A stretch of DNA of 63,851 nt, counting the filler, from an uncultured Candidatus Sumerlaeota bacterium (GTDB taxonomy: Bacteria > CAYMEV01), in the NCBI GenBank assembly GCA_964389675.1. It is 6 parts of 6 records of this genome, joined end to end, with 100 filler letters (N's around TTAATTAATTAA, not from the genome) between each part and the next. Parts side by side here need not be neighbours in the genome. Positions count along the whole stretch, not along the records: positions 38,084 to 47,374 come from CAYMEV010000042.1; positions 47,475 to 56,101 come from CAYMEV010000043.1; 4 more parts are not named here. One strand, written 5' to 3'. The notes under the pieces were generated by a model. The model did no database searches. It had not been told where the DNA came from and was given only the letters and a program-made list of their open reading frames with translations. Made by a program: the position numbers and the translations under genes. Positions 40,693-50,332 of the stretch are shown piece by piece. Positions within the stretch are counted from its first letter, which is position 1; each line of letters begins with the position of its first letter.

Positions 40693-41177
40693 AATAGATC
40701 CTCCTTATTTATCCTTTTTCTAAGGATGCCGACGGCAGTTTTCAGCCTGGATCTGACAGTGGAAGGCGGGACAGAGAGGGATTCAGATATTTCGTAGCTG
40801 TTCATGCCGAGCCAGTATCTCTTAAATACAATATCTGAAAGGCTGTCCGGCAGGCAGCCCATCAGCTCCGAAATGTCCGCACCCTGGATATTGCTTTCGT
40901 TTACCGGCAGTTCCAGGTCGGCTTCCAGGAATTCAAACCTCTTTCTCCTTGCCAGATCCAGGAAATAGTTTTTAAGGACCGAGAAAAGCCATGACCTCAC
41001 TTTATGTGCAGGAAGCACCCTGAGAAGCTCCAGGCTTGACATCGCGCGCGTGAATGTCTCCTGGACCAGGTCTTCAGCAAGGCTGTCATCGCGGGCTAAT
41101 GAGCCTGCGAACCTTAGAAGGCGGTCATAATACTTTTCATAGAGTTCTGCTATATCCATTCTGCTCTCCATAAGCAT
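40689..41177 (-). CDS. ECF RNA polymerase sigma factor
   Basis: Region 2 AEDLVQETF/SWLF; region 4 EISESLSVPPSTVRSRL. Confidence 0.92.
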   Translation of the reverse strand: MLMESRMDIAELYEKYYDRLLRFAGSLARDDSLAEDLVQETFTRAMSSLELLRVLPAHKVRSWLFSVLKNYFLDLARRKRFEFLEADLELPVNESNIQGADISELMGCLPDSLSDIVFKRYWLGMNSYEISESLSVPPSTVRSRLKTAVGILRKRINKEDLL

Positions 41178-41189
41178 CCTTTATCTGTA

Positions 41190-41217
41190 TGACGGATCAG
41201 GTGAAGAAAGTGTTGGC
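41190..41217 (-). promoter_or_regulatory. Putative autoregulatory ECF promoter
   Basis: Minus strand GCCAAC-17bp-CGTCA directly upstream of the sigma gene, matching the AAC...CGT ECF consensus. Confidence 0.6.
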
Positions 41218-41374
41218 AGTTTGCTAAAATATTTTTACCCCGGTAAAGGATCAGGCTTCAGAGAAAAAATGAGTAATTTTAATCAGGCCTTTTTTATAGT
41301 GCAAGAGAAAGACCATTAATCTGAGAACTGGGAAAGGCTGACCTGATGTTATCAAGCCAGCCCTGTAAATTACA

Positions 41375-42679
41375 TTATTTGAATGACTGAGCCCCTGCCG
41401 GCTTATATGCTCCGAACAGCTTTAATGCATCCTTCCATGGATAACGGTTCATAAACATTGTAACGGAGGATTTGATCTTACCCTGCTTGTTCAGGCCTAC
41501 TGCTTCCCTCAGGAGGTTTGCAGGTGATTCAGGATCATAGTCCGTTTCTTCAGTATAGCTTGCGCTCAGGAATCCCTCAAGATAGGCCTTGTTTACAGGA
41601 AGGCCGGAAGGGATCTCTATCTTGTTTCCTTTTGCTGAGGCAAAGGTCAGGTCGCCGAACTGGTCTGCGGTAAGATTGAGCTTTACATTGCTTTCAGGGC
41701 TGTATTCCAGGTCTGCCTTCTTATTTACAAAGAATACATTATTATCAAGCTTTATCCTGTCATCAGGCGTGAACCTTGTATTGTCAACCCCTGCAAGGAC
41801 ACTGCCTCCAATGATATTATCGTGTATATTATATTCACAGCGTGTCATGATACGGATCCCGTATCCCATGTCAAGCATATCGGGCAGCCTGCTCCATGTA
41901 AAAATAATGGTATTATTGGCTATCTCAACAGTACCGCAGTTGGACATTGTGCCGGGGCCTCCCTTTGAGGGGCATGTCCCGTATATCTCCACAGCTGCCA
42001 TACGGTTGCTGATAAAGACATTATTTATGACTGAGAATTTCCCGTTCCTTAAAGCACCCTGTACAGCAAAGCTTGCACCATTTACAAAAACGCAGTTCTG
42101 AATGGTAAAGTCACCGGCCTGAGCAGCGCTTACAACCTGGATTATGGGCTCTTCTGCAGTGCTGTTGCCTTTTGCCGGCCTTTCTGTAGCCCTGAGCATG
42201 CGCCCTGTATCAAGGCCCTCGATCCTGCCTTCTGTTGCATGGTAGGCATTCCTGTACCCCATATCAAATACAATGCCGTCAATAATAGTTCCGTCTATTG
42301 CCTTTGTGAACTTCAAAAAAGCCTTCCTGGCTTTACCCCCTGCTTCATTGTCCGGCTGAAAAACAGCAGGTGTATTAAGTATGCTCCTGGCGGAAAATGC
42401 CTCATCATAACTGCCGTAAAGTTTGAGCGGCTTATCGCTTTCCATATAGCCTACTCCGAAGGTACCCTTATATATGCCTCCGGCAATAAATATCTCATCC
42501 CCTGGTTTAGCAAGCTTTATGGCCCTGTCGATCTCCTTGACGGGGCTTTCCTTTGTTCCAGGGTTCTGGTTATTGCCCTTTTCCTGGGAAACATATACAG
42601 CTGCCTGGATTACACAGGTGGATAATGAAAATACTAAAAGGTTTACAAGCATGATCACAAGAATGGTTCTGCTTTTCAT
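41375..42679 (-). CDS. Secreted right-handed parallel beta-helix protein (DUF1565/pectin-lyase-like fold)
   Basis: Signal peptide; YVS..GN..NPGTKESP..I..AI..A.PGDEI.IAGGIY N-terminus; repeated I.NNVF/NNTI strands; AGGAG RBS. Confidence 0.75.
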   Translation of the reverse strand: MKSRTILVIMLVNLLVFSLSTCVIQAAVYVSQEKGNNQNPGTKESPVKEIDRAIKLAKPGDEIFIAGGIYKGTFGVGYMESDKPLKLYGSYDEAFSARSILNTPAVFQPDNEAGGKARKAFLKFTKAIDGTIIDGIVFDMGYRNAYHATEGRIEGLDTGRMLRATERPAKGNSTAEEPIIQVVSAAQAGDFTIQNCVFVNGASFAVQGALRNGKFSVINNVFISNRMAAVEIYGTCPSKGGPGTMSNCGTVEIANNTIIFTWSRLPDMLDMGYGIRIMTRCEYNIHDNIIGGSVLAGVDNTRFTPDDRIKLDNNVFFVNKKADLEYSPESNVKLNLTADQFGDLTFASAKGNKIEIPSGLPVNKAYLEGFLSASYTEETDYDPESPANLLREAVGLNKQGKIKSSVTMFMNRYPWKDALKLFGAYKPAGAQSFK

Positions 42680-42804
42680 GGGTTTCTTTCTCCTTTTTTT
42701 ATAGATCTGGATCATTTTTTTTATTTAAAAATAATAGCAAATAAATTGTCTAAGTGTCAATATTATATTCGGTTTAGCTTAAATGAAAATTGAAAATACC
42801 TGGG

Positions 42805-45800
42805 TCATAAATTCCTCTTAAAAAGCTTAAGGGACTTTATCCTGCTTACCTGCTCAGATGTTCCGTACTTCCTGTATAAACGGGTTACCCTTTTTTTATA
42901 TGAACTGAGCTTTTTATGGTCTTTTTTCAGGTAATACAGCTCCAGAAGCTGTATATAATTATTAAGTGTTTCGGTATTTCTGATACCAAAGGCATTTTTC
43001 TTTATCTTAAGTGATTTTTTCAGGTATTCCTCAGCAGTATCATATTTTCCCATAAAAAAATAGCATGATCCTATATTGTTCAGGGCAGTTGCAATGAAAG
43101 GGCTGTCTTTTCCAAATCTCTTCTGATATATGTACAGAGCTTTCTCAAAATATAAAAGGGCATTTTTGTAATCCCTGCTGTCAGTATAAAAGACACCCAT
43201 GTTTATATATGAAAATGCCGTATGACTGTGGTATTCTCCAAGGAGCTCCAGCCTGAGCTTCATGGCATTTTCAAGATATTTAAAAGAAAGGTTTCTGTTC
43301 TTATTCAGTGCATAGGCAATGCTTAAGTTATTCCATAAATATGCGGTATTATGGTCTTTTATCCCTAATGAATTTATTATTTTTTTGCTTTTTTTCAGGT
43401 AAAGAAGAGCCTTTTTCGGTTCCTTCATCCTGATATAGGTAACGCCTATATTATGGTAGGATTTGAAGGTATCCAGATTATTCTGTCCATATATATTTAA
43501 CCTGATATCAAGTGAATCCTTAAAATATTTCATTGCCTGGTCAAAACGGTTAATCTGAAGATATGTGATGCCTATGCAATTAAGGCAGTCAGCCTTTCTG
43601 CCCATGTAATCCGGCAGTTTATTGTCTGCATGCTTAAAAGCATGGCTGAAATAATGGATGGACTCTTCCATAGCAGCCATTCTCTGATAGATAAGCCCCT
43701 TTACATAAAGGATATCATATAGGGTTTCCGGCCCTTTTTTGCCTGAGGATTCAGCCTTTTCTATATATAGAAGGGAGGCAGTCAGATCGCCTTCCTCTAT
43801 CAGTGTCCTGGAGATAAGGATATACAGCATTGTTTTCCCTGGATCCGGCTTATCAGTCCTCTCGGCAATATTCAGAGCTTTCTGATAATATTCAAGTATG
43901 TGTTTTGTCCCGATATATTTCTGCTCACCGGCTTTCCCTGCTTTTATAAGATAATCAACAGCCTTGTCCATATCGTTTGAATTCTCATAATGATATGCAA
44001 GATCTTCAATATAATTATAAATCCGTTTTCTGAAGATGTGTTCGAGACGATCTCCTATAATCCCGTGTAAAGCCTTTCTATCCCCTGTCTTTGCTTCTGT
44101 AATGTCCTGGATAATATCAGATGAAAAATAATAGAGCACATCCTGTCCTATCCTTTCAGAACGGAGTATCTCCTGCCTTTCAAGGTCAAATATCCTGTTT
44201 TTTACAGTATTTCTGGAAAGCTCGGAAAAGATATTGCTTATCTGGCTTAGATTCAGGCCTATCCTTACAAGGGAAAGGGTCTTAAGGATTTTTGATACTA
44301 CAGGGTCTTTAAGCACAATATCCATTCTTTGCGATATAATGTCATTTATATCGCAGGAAAGCTCCGGCATTTCATCATCCATTTTCATATCCCAGCAATA
44401 TCCATTTCTCCGGAGGATGCCCTTCTTTACCATAAGCTTGAAAAATTCGCCCAGAAATAGAGGATTACCTCTTATAGACCTGTCTATCCCGGATATAGCA
44501 TCAAATATGCTTTTATCAAGGCGGTTTTCCCCGAAGGTGTTTCTCAGGTATTCTGAGATAGTCTTATCTCTAAAAGGCTTCAGGTGTACTTTTATTAAAA
44601 GGCCGTCCTTCCTTAACTGATCAAGAAAAGATGATATGTTTTCCGCAAAATCTGACCTTACAGTTCCAAAGACCCTTAGCCTGCTGTCTTTATCCATCTG
44701 CATCTTCTGGAGGATCCGGTGGTATATCTGAAGGCTGCCTTCATCAGCCCATTGGAGATTATTTATAAATACTACGATTGTATTTTTGCATTTTTTTGAG
44801 AAATCAAGAATGTATCTGCTTATATTTTCCAGTATCTCATCCTTTTCTATGGCAAGACTGCCCTGTGAATAATTAATATTTCCGGTAGATCTGAGTAGTG
44901 AATTAAGATATTTCTTATACCTGTTATTTATGGTCTCCGGTGAAAACAGCAGGATCTGTCCCAGAATATTTATTATTGAATAGTATGGTTTTTTTACCTG
45001 GCTTAGGCACTCACTTTCAAGAAAGAGAATATCATTCAGCTGGCAGTGTTTTTTAATTTCCCTGAATATCCGGCTTTTCCCGTACCCTGCTGTCGAGGAT
45101 AAGATGAATATCCTGTGGCTGTCCGGCTGATTGTCTATCTTTTTTAAGATCCTGTACAGTTCAGCCTTCCTGTTTGTGAATTGGACGCCATTTAAGTGGC
45201 TTTCCTTGGTCTCATCCGTCTCAACAGAACAGCTCATGCCCAGTTTGCGGTTTATATCAATGATAATTTCAGTACAGCTGTTATATCTTTTATTAGCATC
45301 ATGATCCGTCATCTTTGATATAATATATTTTATCCTTTTGTCTTTTAGTGCATCAAGGGAAGTTTTTCTCATTGATTCAAATTTTTCCCTGTCTCTAAGA
45401 ATGGATAAAATAGATGAGAATTTTGAATAATCAAATATATGGTTTTTTGTTATCAGCTGATAAAATACAATTCCGAGGGAATATATGTCAACCCTGTGGT
45501 CAATGTCCTTTCTTAAGACTTCAGGGGCGAGATAGAGGGGTGATCCCTTAATAGTATTTATATCAGGTTTTTCAATATCCGACAGGCCAAAATCCATTAT
45601 TTTGATGATATCTTTCTGGATCATTATATTTAAGGGCTTTATATCCCTTGAAATTATATTCCGGCTGTGGATAAAGGACAGTCCTCTTAAAGCCTGTACG
45701 ATCAGCCTTAGTATCTTTTCGGTATCTGCGGGCTTTTTGATGTTAATTATATCAGCCAGGGTCCTGCCTCTTATATATTCCATGGTAAAGTAATAGCAGT

Positions 45801-46059
45801 TAAGAAAAGGGTCATACCCGAAATTATAGACCTTTGCGAGGTTAGGATGGCTGAGCCTTGTCATAATGTCGAATTCCTTCTTAAAAATTTCAAGGTTCGC
45901 CGGTTTTATGAGGTCCGCTTTAATGGTCTTAAGGGCTACAGGCAGATTTGCCCTCAGAATATCCCAGACCAGATACACTATCCCCATACCACCCTGGCCG
46001 ATGGTATCCTTGACAAGATATCTGTTGTTTATCTTAATATTTTTATCAAAAGTTTCCAT
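42805..46059 (-). CDS. Ser/Thr kinase - STAND/AAA ATPase - TPR protein
   Basis: GQGGMG, ALK, SRDIKPLN, DFG, APE; Walker A TAGYGKS; NNLQWAD; GNPLF; C-terminal TPRs. Confidence 0.9.
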   Translation of the reverse strand: METFDKNIKINNRYLVKDTIGQGGMGIVYLVWDILRANLPVALKTIKADLIKPANLEIFKKEFDIMTRLSHPNLAKVYNFGYDPFLNCYYFTMEYIRGRTLADIINIKKPADTEKILRLIVQALRGLSFIHSRNIISRDIKPLNIMIQKDIIKIMDFGLSDIEKPDINTIKGSPLYLAPEVLRKDIDHRVDIYSLGIVFYQLITKNHIFDYSKFSSILSILRDREKFESMRKTSLDALKDKRIKYIISKMTDHDANKRYNSCTEIIIDINRKLGMSCSVETDETKESHLNGVQFTNRKAELYRILKKIDNQPDSHRIFILSSTAGYGKSRIFREIKKHCQLNDILFLESECLSQVKKPYYSIINILGQILLFSPETINNRYKKYLNSLLRSTGNINYSQGSLAIEKDEILENISRYILDFSKKCKNTIVVFINNLQWADEGSLQIYHRILQKMQMDKDSRLRVFGTVRSDFAENISSFLDQLRKDGLLIKVHLKPFRDKTISEYLRNTFGENRLDKSIFDAISGIDRSIRGNPLFLGEFFKLMVKKGILRRNGYCWDMKMDDEMPELSCDINDIISQRMDIVLKDPVVSKILKTLSLVRIGLNLSQISNIFSELSRNTVKNRIFDLERQEILRSERIGQDVLYYFSSDIIQDITEAKTGDRKALHGIIGDRLEHIFRKRIYNYIEDLAYHYENSNDMDKAVDYLIKAGKAGEQKYIGTKHILEYYQKALNIAERTDKPDPGKTMLYILISRTLIEEGDLTASLLYIEKAESSGKKGPETLYDILYVKGLIYQRMAAMEESIHYFSHAFKHADNKLPDYMGRKADCLNCIGITYLQINRFDQAMKYFKDSLDIRLNIYGQNNLDTFKSYHNIGVTYIRMKEPKKALLYLKKSKKIINSLGIKDHNTAYLWNNLSIAYALNKNRNLSFKYLENAMKLRLELLGEYHSHTAFSYINMGVFYTDSRDYKNALLYFEKALYIYQKRFGKDSPFIATALNNIGSCYFFMGKYDTAEEYLKKSLKIKKNAFGIRNTETLNNYIQLLELYYLKKDHKKLSSYKKRVTRLYRKYGTSEQVSRIKSLKLFKRNL

Positions 46060-46378
46060 AGACTGATAATCACAAGGATAATAATAAATTATTATGCATC
46101 AAAGCTAAAGAAATTAAAATTATTCCCCCTGCATATATTTTTCTTTAACTTAAGTTTTCCTGACAGTAATTAGTTTACATAAACGCCAAAAAGAAAGTGG
46201 ACAGTTACCTTATTGCTATACTGGAAAAGACTCAGAATACCCTGTCTGACCCTAATGAATAAGAACATCGCTTTCAGATGCAGGCGAATTCCTGAAATGA
46301 TGGATTTGATCAGAATATAATATCTATGTACTGAGCATAATAATCCTGTATAATATAGATTTATAGGCTTATTCAGGA

Positions 46379-47374
46379 GTGAGGAAATTGATAGACCTGC
46401 TGATATTGTTTTCCGGTTTCATTCCCCTGATATATGGTGCGAACATTCTTGTCGACAGCTCATCCTCGCTTGCAAAGAAACTCAATATCCCGAGTATAGT
46501 AATAGGCCTTACAATAGTATCTTTCGGCACCTCGTCCCCGGAGCTTATTGTGAACATTTTTGCATCAGCCTCAGGGAATTCTGACATAGCACTGGGCAAT
46601 ATCATAGGCAGTAATATATTCAATATATTGGGAATACTCGGCATCTCTGCAATGATCTATCCCCTTTCTGTAAAGACAAACACAACATGGATCGAGATCC
46701 CTCTCTGTCTTTTGTCTGCAGTTGGTTTACTGCTGCTCTCCTGTGACAAAATCCTGCAAAATTCCGACAGTCCGGCAATATCAGGGTCAGATGGCATTAT
46801 TCTGCTGGTGTTATTTGCCGTATTTCTGGCTTATAATATGAGGAGCATGAGAAAGGGAAAATTTGAAGAAAAGCTTGAAATTAAGGATTATAGAATAAGC
46901 ACGTCAGTATTTATGATAATAACCGGTATAATACTGCTGACACTGGGTGGAAGGCTCATAGTTATTTATGCTGTCAGGCTTGCGGCCAGTGCAGGAATAC
47001 CAGAGAGGATAATAGCACTTACTATAGTATCCCTGGGGACATCCCTTCCTGAACTGGCAACTTCTGCTGTTGCCGCAAAAAAGAGAAATGTTGATATAGC
47101 AATAGGGAATGTCGTTGGGTCGAATATTTTCAATGTATTTTTTATTCTCGGGATCTCGTCCTGCATAAGCCCTATAAGTGTCCTTCCCGTTAATAATCTT
47201 GATATGCTGGTCAATATCCTCGCAAGCATAATGCTTTTTATTTTTATATTTACAGGCAGGGGCAGGATGGTAGAGAGATGGGAGGGAGCCGTGCTGATTG
47301 TTCTTTATCTTCTATACCCCATTGAAGCGTGGGTCAGGTGCTTCTACGGGAGCCAGCATGGCGACCTTCGGGCT
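46379..47374 (+). CDS. Calcium/sodium antiporter (YrbG family), 3' end disrupted or truncated
   Basis: Two alpha repeats GTSSPEL/GTSLPEL and GNIIGSNIFN/GNVVGSNIFN. Confidence 0.92.
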
Positions 47375-47474
47375 NNNNNNNNNNNNNNNNNNNNNNNNNN
47401 NNNNNNNNNNNNNNNNNNTTAATTAATTAANNNNNNNNNNNNNNNNNNNNNNNNNNNNNNNNNNNNNNNNNNNN
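47375..47474. other. Artificial contig linker
   Basis: N-run with TTAATTAATTAA. Confidence 0.98.
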
Positions 47475-47564
47475 ATACCGGTAAAGGAAGTAGTATTAAA
47501 TCCGGAGAAAAATTGATGGAAAATATTTTTTAATAAAAGGCGACAAAAAGGTTGACACATACCG
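47475..47564 (+). mobile_element. Right end of an IS3-family element
   Basis: Transposase tail IPVKEVVLNPEKN*, then GGCGACAAAAAGGTTGACACATA, matching the IR at the left end in contig 4. Confidence 0.6.
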
Positions 47565-47699
47565 GCAGACTAACTTTGAGATCATCAACAAAGGCACAGA
47601 TTGTTGAATTCGTTTTAAAATGTATTTTATTCAGACTATTGAAATTACGATACATCTTTAGCATTGGTTCTTCTAAGCGTAAGTGCGATTTAGGAAGGC

Positions 47700-48140
47700 A
47701 TGATTATAGAAACATCAAAGAGTTCATTGATTGAGGAAATGTTCCAGATGAAAAATATGGAGATGAGAAACTCCGTTGTCTCATTAGTTGCAAATTTTGT
47801 ACTTTCCTTGGCAGTATTACCATTGTTTATCCCACCTTTCCGGATATATTCTTTAAATGAGTTAATTGAAGCACTTTACTGGCAAGTAGTAAGCATGGTT
47901 GGATGGCCAATAGGGTTATTGGGTGGGTGTGTAGCAATACTTATGCAAGGCAAATTGAGCAACCTGGGAACTTTGGCAATAATGCTCATTTATCCTGGCA
48001 TATGGATACTAATCATACGTACATTTAAGGCTAAGCGATCTGGGCGATGGGAATTCATACTGCTGCACATACTCCTGACTGTTTCGTTCGCTGCTATCTG
48101 GTATCAAGTTTTGAATGGTTATGATTTTATGGCAGGATAA
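47700..48140 (+). CDS. Hypothetical membrane protein (probable gene cassette)
   Basis: Four hydrophobic segments; followed by an attC-like remnant; start uncertain. Confidence 0.65.
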   Translation: MIIETSKSSLIEEMFQMKNMEMRNSVVSLVANFVLSLAVLPLFIPPFRIYSLNELIEALYWQVVSMVGWPIGLLGGCVAILMQGKLSNLGTLAIMLIYPGIWILIIRTFKAKRSGRWEFILLHILLTVSFAAIWYQVLNGYDFMAG

Positions 48141-48146
48141 ATGATA

Positions 48147-48191
48147 TTCAACAAGAAAAATGAACTCCAAAAAAAGAGCCCCCGTTGGGCC
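48147..48191 (+). other. Degenerate, internally deleted attC-like site
   Basis: ATTCAACAAGAAAATGAACT just after the stop, and core GTTGGGC at 48184 opening the amylase cassette. Confidence 0.5.
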
Positions 48192-48208
48192 AGCAGGAGA
48201 TGAGCAAG

Positions 48209-49705
48209 ATGAAAGAATACAACGGCGCGATGATGCAGTTCTTCCATTGGTACACGCCAGCGGAAGGTTCGCTGTGGAATCAGCTTGCTGAACAGGCGCA
48301 GTCACTATCCAGAGCTGGTATCACATCAGTCTGGCTGCCGCCAGCATACAAGGGAGCAGCCGGAGTTGAAGATACAGGCTACGGAGCCTATGATCTCTTC
48401 GATCTTGGGGAATTTGATCAAAAAGGAGCGAGACGTACGAAGTACGGAACACGGGATGAGTATCTTCATGCTATTCAAGCTGCCCATGCAGCAGGAATGC
48501 AGGTGTACGCCGATGTCGTCTTAAATCACAAACTGGGAGGCGACAAGGAGGAAAAATTCAAAGCGACTCCATACAATCCAGCCAATCGCAATGAGCCCAT
48601 CGGAGATTTGCAGCTCATCAAAGCCTGGACCCATTTCACTTTTCCCGGCCGGGGGACGAAGTACTCATCACTGCAGTGGCACTGGTGGCATTTCAACGCC
48701 ATCGATACCAACGCCATGGCAGGCGATGCTTCTGCTGTCTATCTGTTTGAAGGGAAGGCGTTTCATAACGAGGTCGATAAAGAGAAAGGCAACTTCGACT
48801 ACCTGATGGGGTGCGATCTCGATATCGCCAATTCTGACGTGCGGAAGGAACTGCTTTACTGGGGGGAATGGTATACCGATCTGACCAGTGTGGACGGTTT
48901 CCGCTTTGATGCCGTTAAGCATATTGCTGCTGACTTCATCGTCGAATGGCTCAATCACATGCGCAACCATACTGGGCGTAACCTCTTTGCAGTCGGAGAA
49001 TATTGGTCGGGGATCGACGAGGCACTGGAGCATTTCCTCAATGTGACCGGGGGCAACTTGATGCTTTTCGACACCGGACTTCACTACAGCTTTGCAGTTG
49101 CCGGACGCGAGGAAAAGGGCTATGATCTTAGAACCATCCTTGACCGAAGCCTGGTCAAGAGCCATCCCGATATGGCTGTAACTCTTGTAAGCAACCACGA
49201 CACACAACCGTTACAATCGCTCGAATCGGTCGTTGAAGCCTGGTTCAAGCCTTTGGGGTATGCAATCATTCTCTTGCGGCGAGGCGGTTACCCCTGCGTC
49301 TTCTTTCCTGATTACTACGGAGCTGATTACAGGGGTGTGGGTAAAGACGGTAATGAGTACGATATCAGCATGCCGAGTCATAAGTATCTGATTGACTGTT
49401 TCCTCAACGTACGGAGGATCCATGCTTTCGGCGACCAGAACGACTACCTCGATCACCCGAACTGCATCGGGTGGACACGTACGGGAAACGAGGAGCATCC
49501 CGGCGGAATGGCGGTCCTGCTGAGCAATGATGCAGACAGCGCCAAGTCTATGAATACTGGATCGCCAGGCATCATGTATGGCGATGCTACAGGACACATC
49601 AAAGAAACTGTAACCACAAATAACGAGGGATGGGGAGAGTTCAAGTGCATGGGAAGGTCGGTTTCTGTGTGGGTTCCCGTTGATGAATCGCAATCATCCG
49701 GCTGA
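48209..49705 (+). CDS. amyA: Alpha-amylase (GH13, cytoplasmic/liquefying type)
   Basis: MMQFFHW, GYGAYDLFDLGEF, DVVLNH, GFRFDAVKH, AVGEYW, NHDTQP; no signal peptide; visibly higher GC than flanks. Confidence 0.95.
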   Translation: MKEYNGAMMQFFHWYTPAEGSLWNQLAEQAQSLSRAGITSVWLPPAYKGAAGVEDTGYGAYDLFDLGEFDQKGARRTKYGTRDEYLHAIQAAHAAGMQVYADVVLNHKLGGDKEEKFKATPYNPANRNEPIGDLQLIKAWTHFTFPGRGTKYSSLQWHWWHFNAIDTNAMAGDASAVYLFEGKAFHNEVDKEKGNFDYLMGCDLDIANSDVRKELLYWGEWYTDLTSVDGFRFDAVKHIAADFIVEWLNHMRNHTGRNLFAVGEYWSGIDEALEHFLNVTGGNLMLFDTGLHYSFAVAGREEKGYDLRTILDRSLVKSHPDMAVTLVSNHDTQPLQSLESVVEAWFKPLGYAIILLRRGGYPCVFFPDYYGADYRGVGKDGNEYDISMPSHKYLIDCFLNVRRIHAFGDQNDYLDHPNCIGWTRTGNEEHPGGMAVLLSNDADSAKSMNTGSPGIMYGDATGHIKETVTTNNEGWGEFKCMGRSVSVWVPVDESQSSG

Positions 49706-49721
49706 CAAAATGCAATAAACC

Positions 49722-49748
49722 GGCCCAACAGAGCCATCGACGGCGACT
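49722..49748 (+). other. Left half of the amylase cassette attC (R'' plus L''-like arm)
   Basis: GGCCCAAC is the exact complement of GTTGGGCC (48184-48191); followed by AGAGCCATCGACGGCGAC; no right half found. Confidence 0.6.
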
Positions 49749-49778
49749 GAGTAAGCCCACAGGAATCATCGGGAAATA

Positions 49779-50030
49779 TGTTCCTGGCCCTCCGTGGAAC
49801 AAAAGAAATGCACCTTTTGGAGACATCAGTTCTCCATTATAATTAGGATTATATTCAATGCTATAATGGAAGGGTTGAAAAATGGTCAAAAGGAATATGC
49901 ACAAGAAGATACAGCATTTTAAGAAGCAAAGGTTTACCAAAGCAGAGATCATTAGAGAGACCGGATTAAACAAGAGGACAGTCTCCAAGTAATATGATAT
50001 GCCGGAGAAGAGTTACATTCGGTATGTCAA
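49779..50030 (+). mobile_element. IS21-family remnant (left end and istA HTH fragment)
   Basis: ATG 49882 gives MVKRNMHKKIQHFKKQRFTKAEIIRETGLNKRTVSK*YDMPE (IstA-like HTH) with a premature stop. Confidence 0.6.
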
Positions 50031-50316
50031 GAGGGCTGATACAAGGGTCATATGGTGGGAAGTTTTTCTTGAGCATCCATCCCCTTCTTCCACCAGGCAT
50101 TTTGAGCTGGAGGCTGCATTTATTGATCCTGAAGGGAATGAATTAACCAGGCACGTGAAGGACAATTCATATATAGATCCCGGTTGGACCAGCTCATATC
50201 ATACTCTGGGCTTTGGCTGGCGGGAAAAGGGCAACTGGAAGCCAGGGATCTACAGAGTGGAGTTTTATTATCAGATCAAGAGAATAGCCCACGGAAGCTT
50301 TGAGATAGCCCCATAA
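49999..50316 (+). CDS. Hypothetical protein, probably a C-terminal fragment fused to the IS remnant
   Basis: Beta-rich WKPGIYRVEFY domain; begins in frame with the istA fragment. Confidence 0.45.
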   Translation: MPEKSYIRYVKRADTRVIWWEVFLEHPSPSSTRHFELEAAFIDPEGNELTRHVKDNSYIDPGWTSSYHTLGFGWREKGNWKPGIYRVEFYYQIKRIAHGSFEIAP

Positions 50317-50332
50317 AAAAAGGAGAGAGATA

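Noticed and set aside
38084-47564. Joining contigs 4 and 5 through one IS3 copy
   Set aside because: The IRs match but the flanks show no shared target duplication, so they are probably different copies
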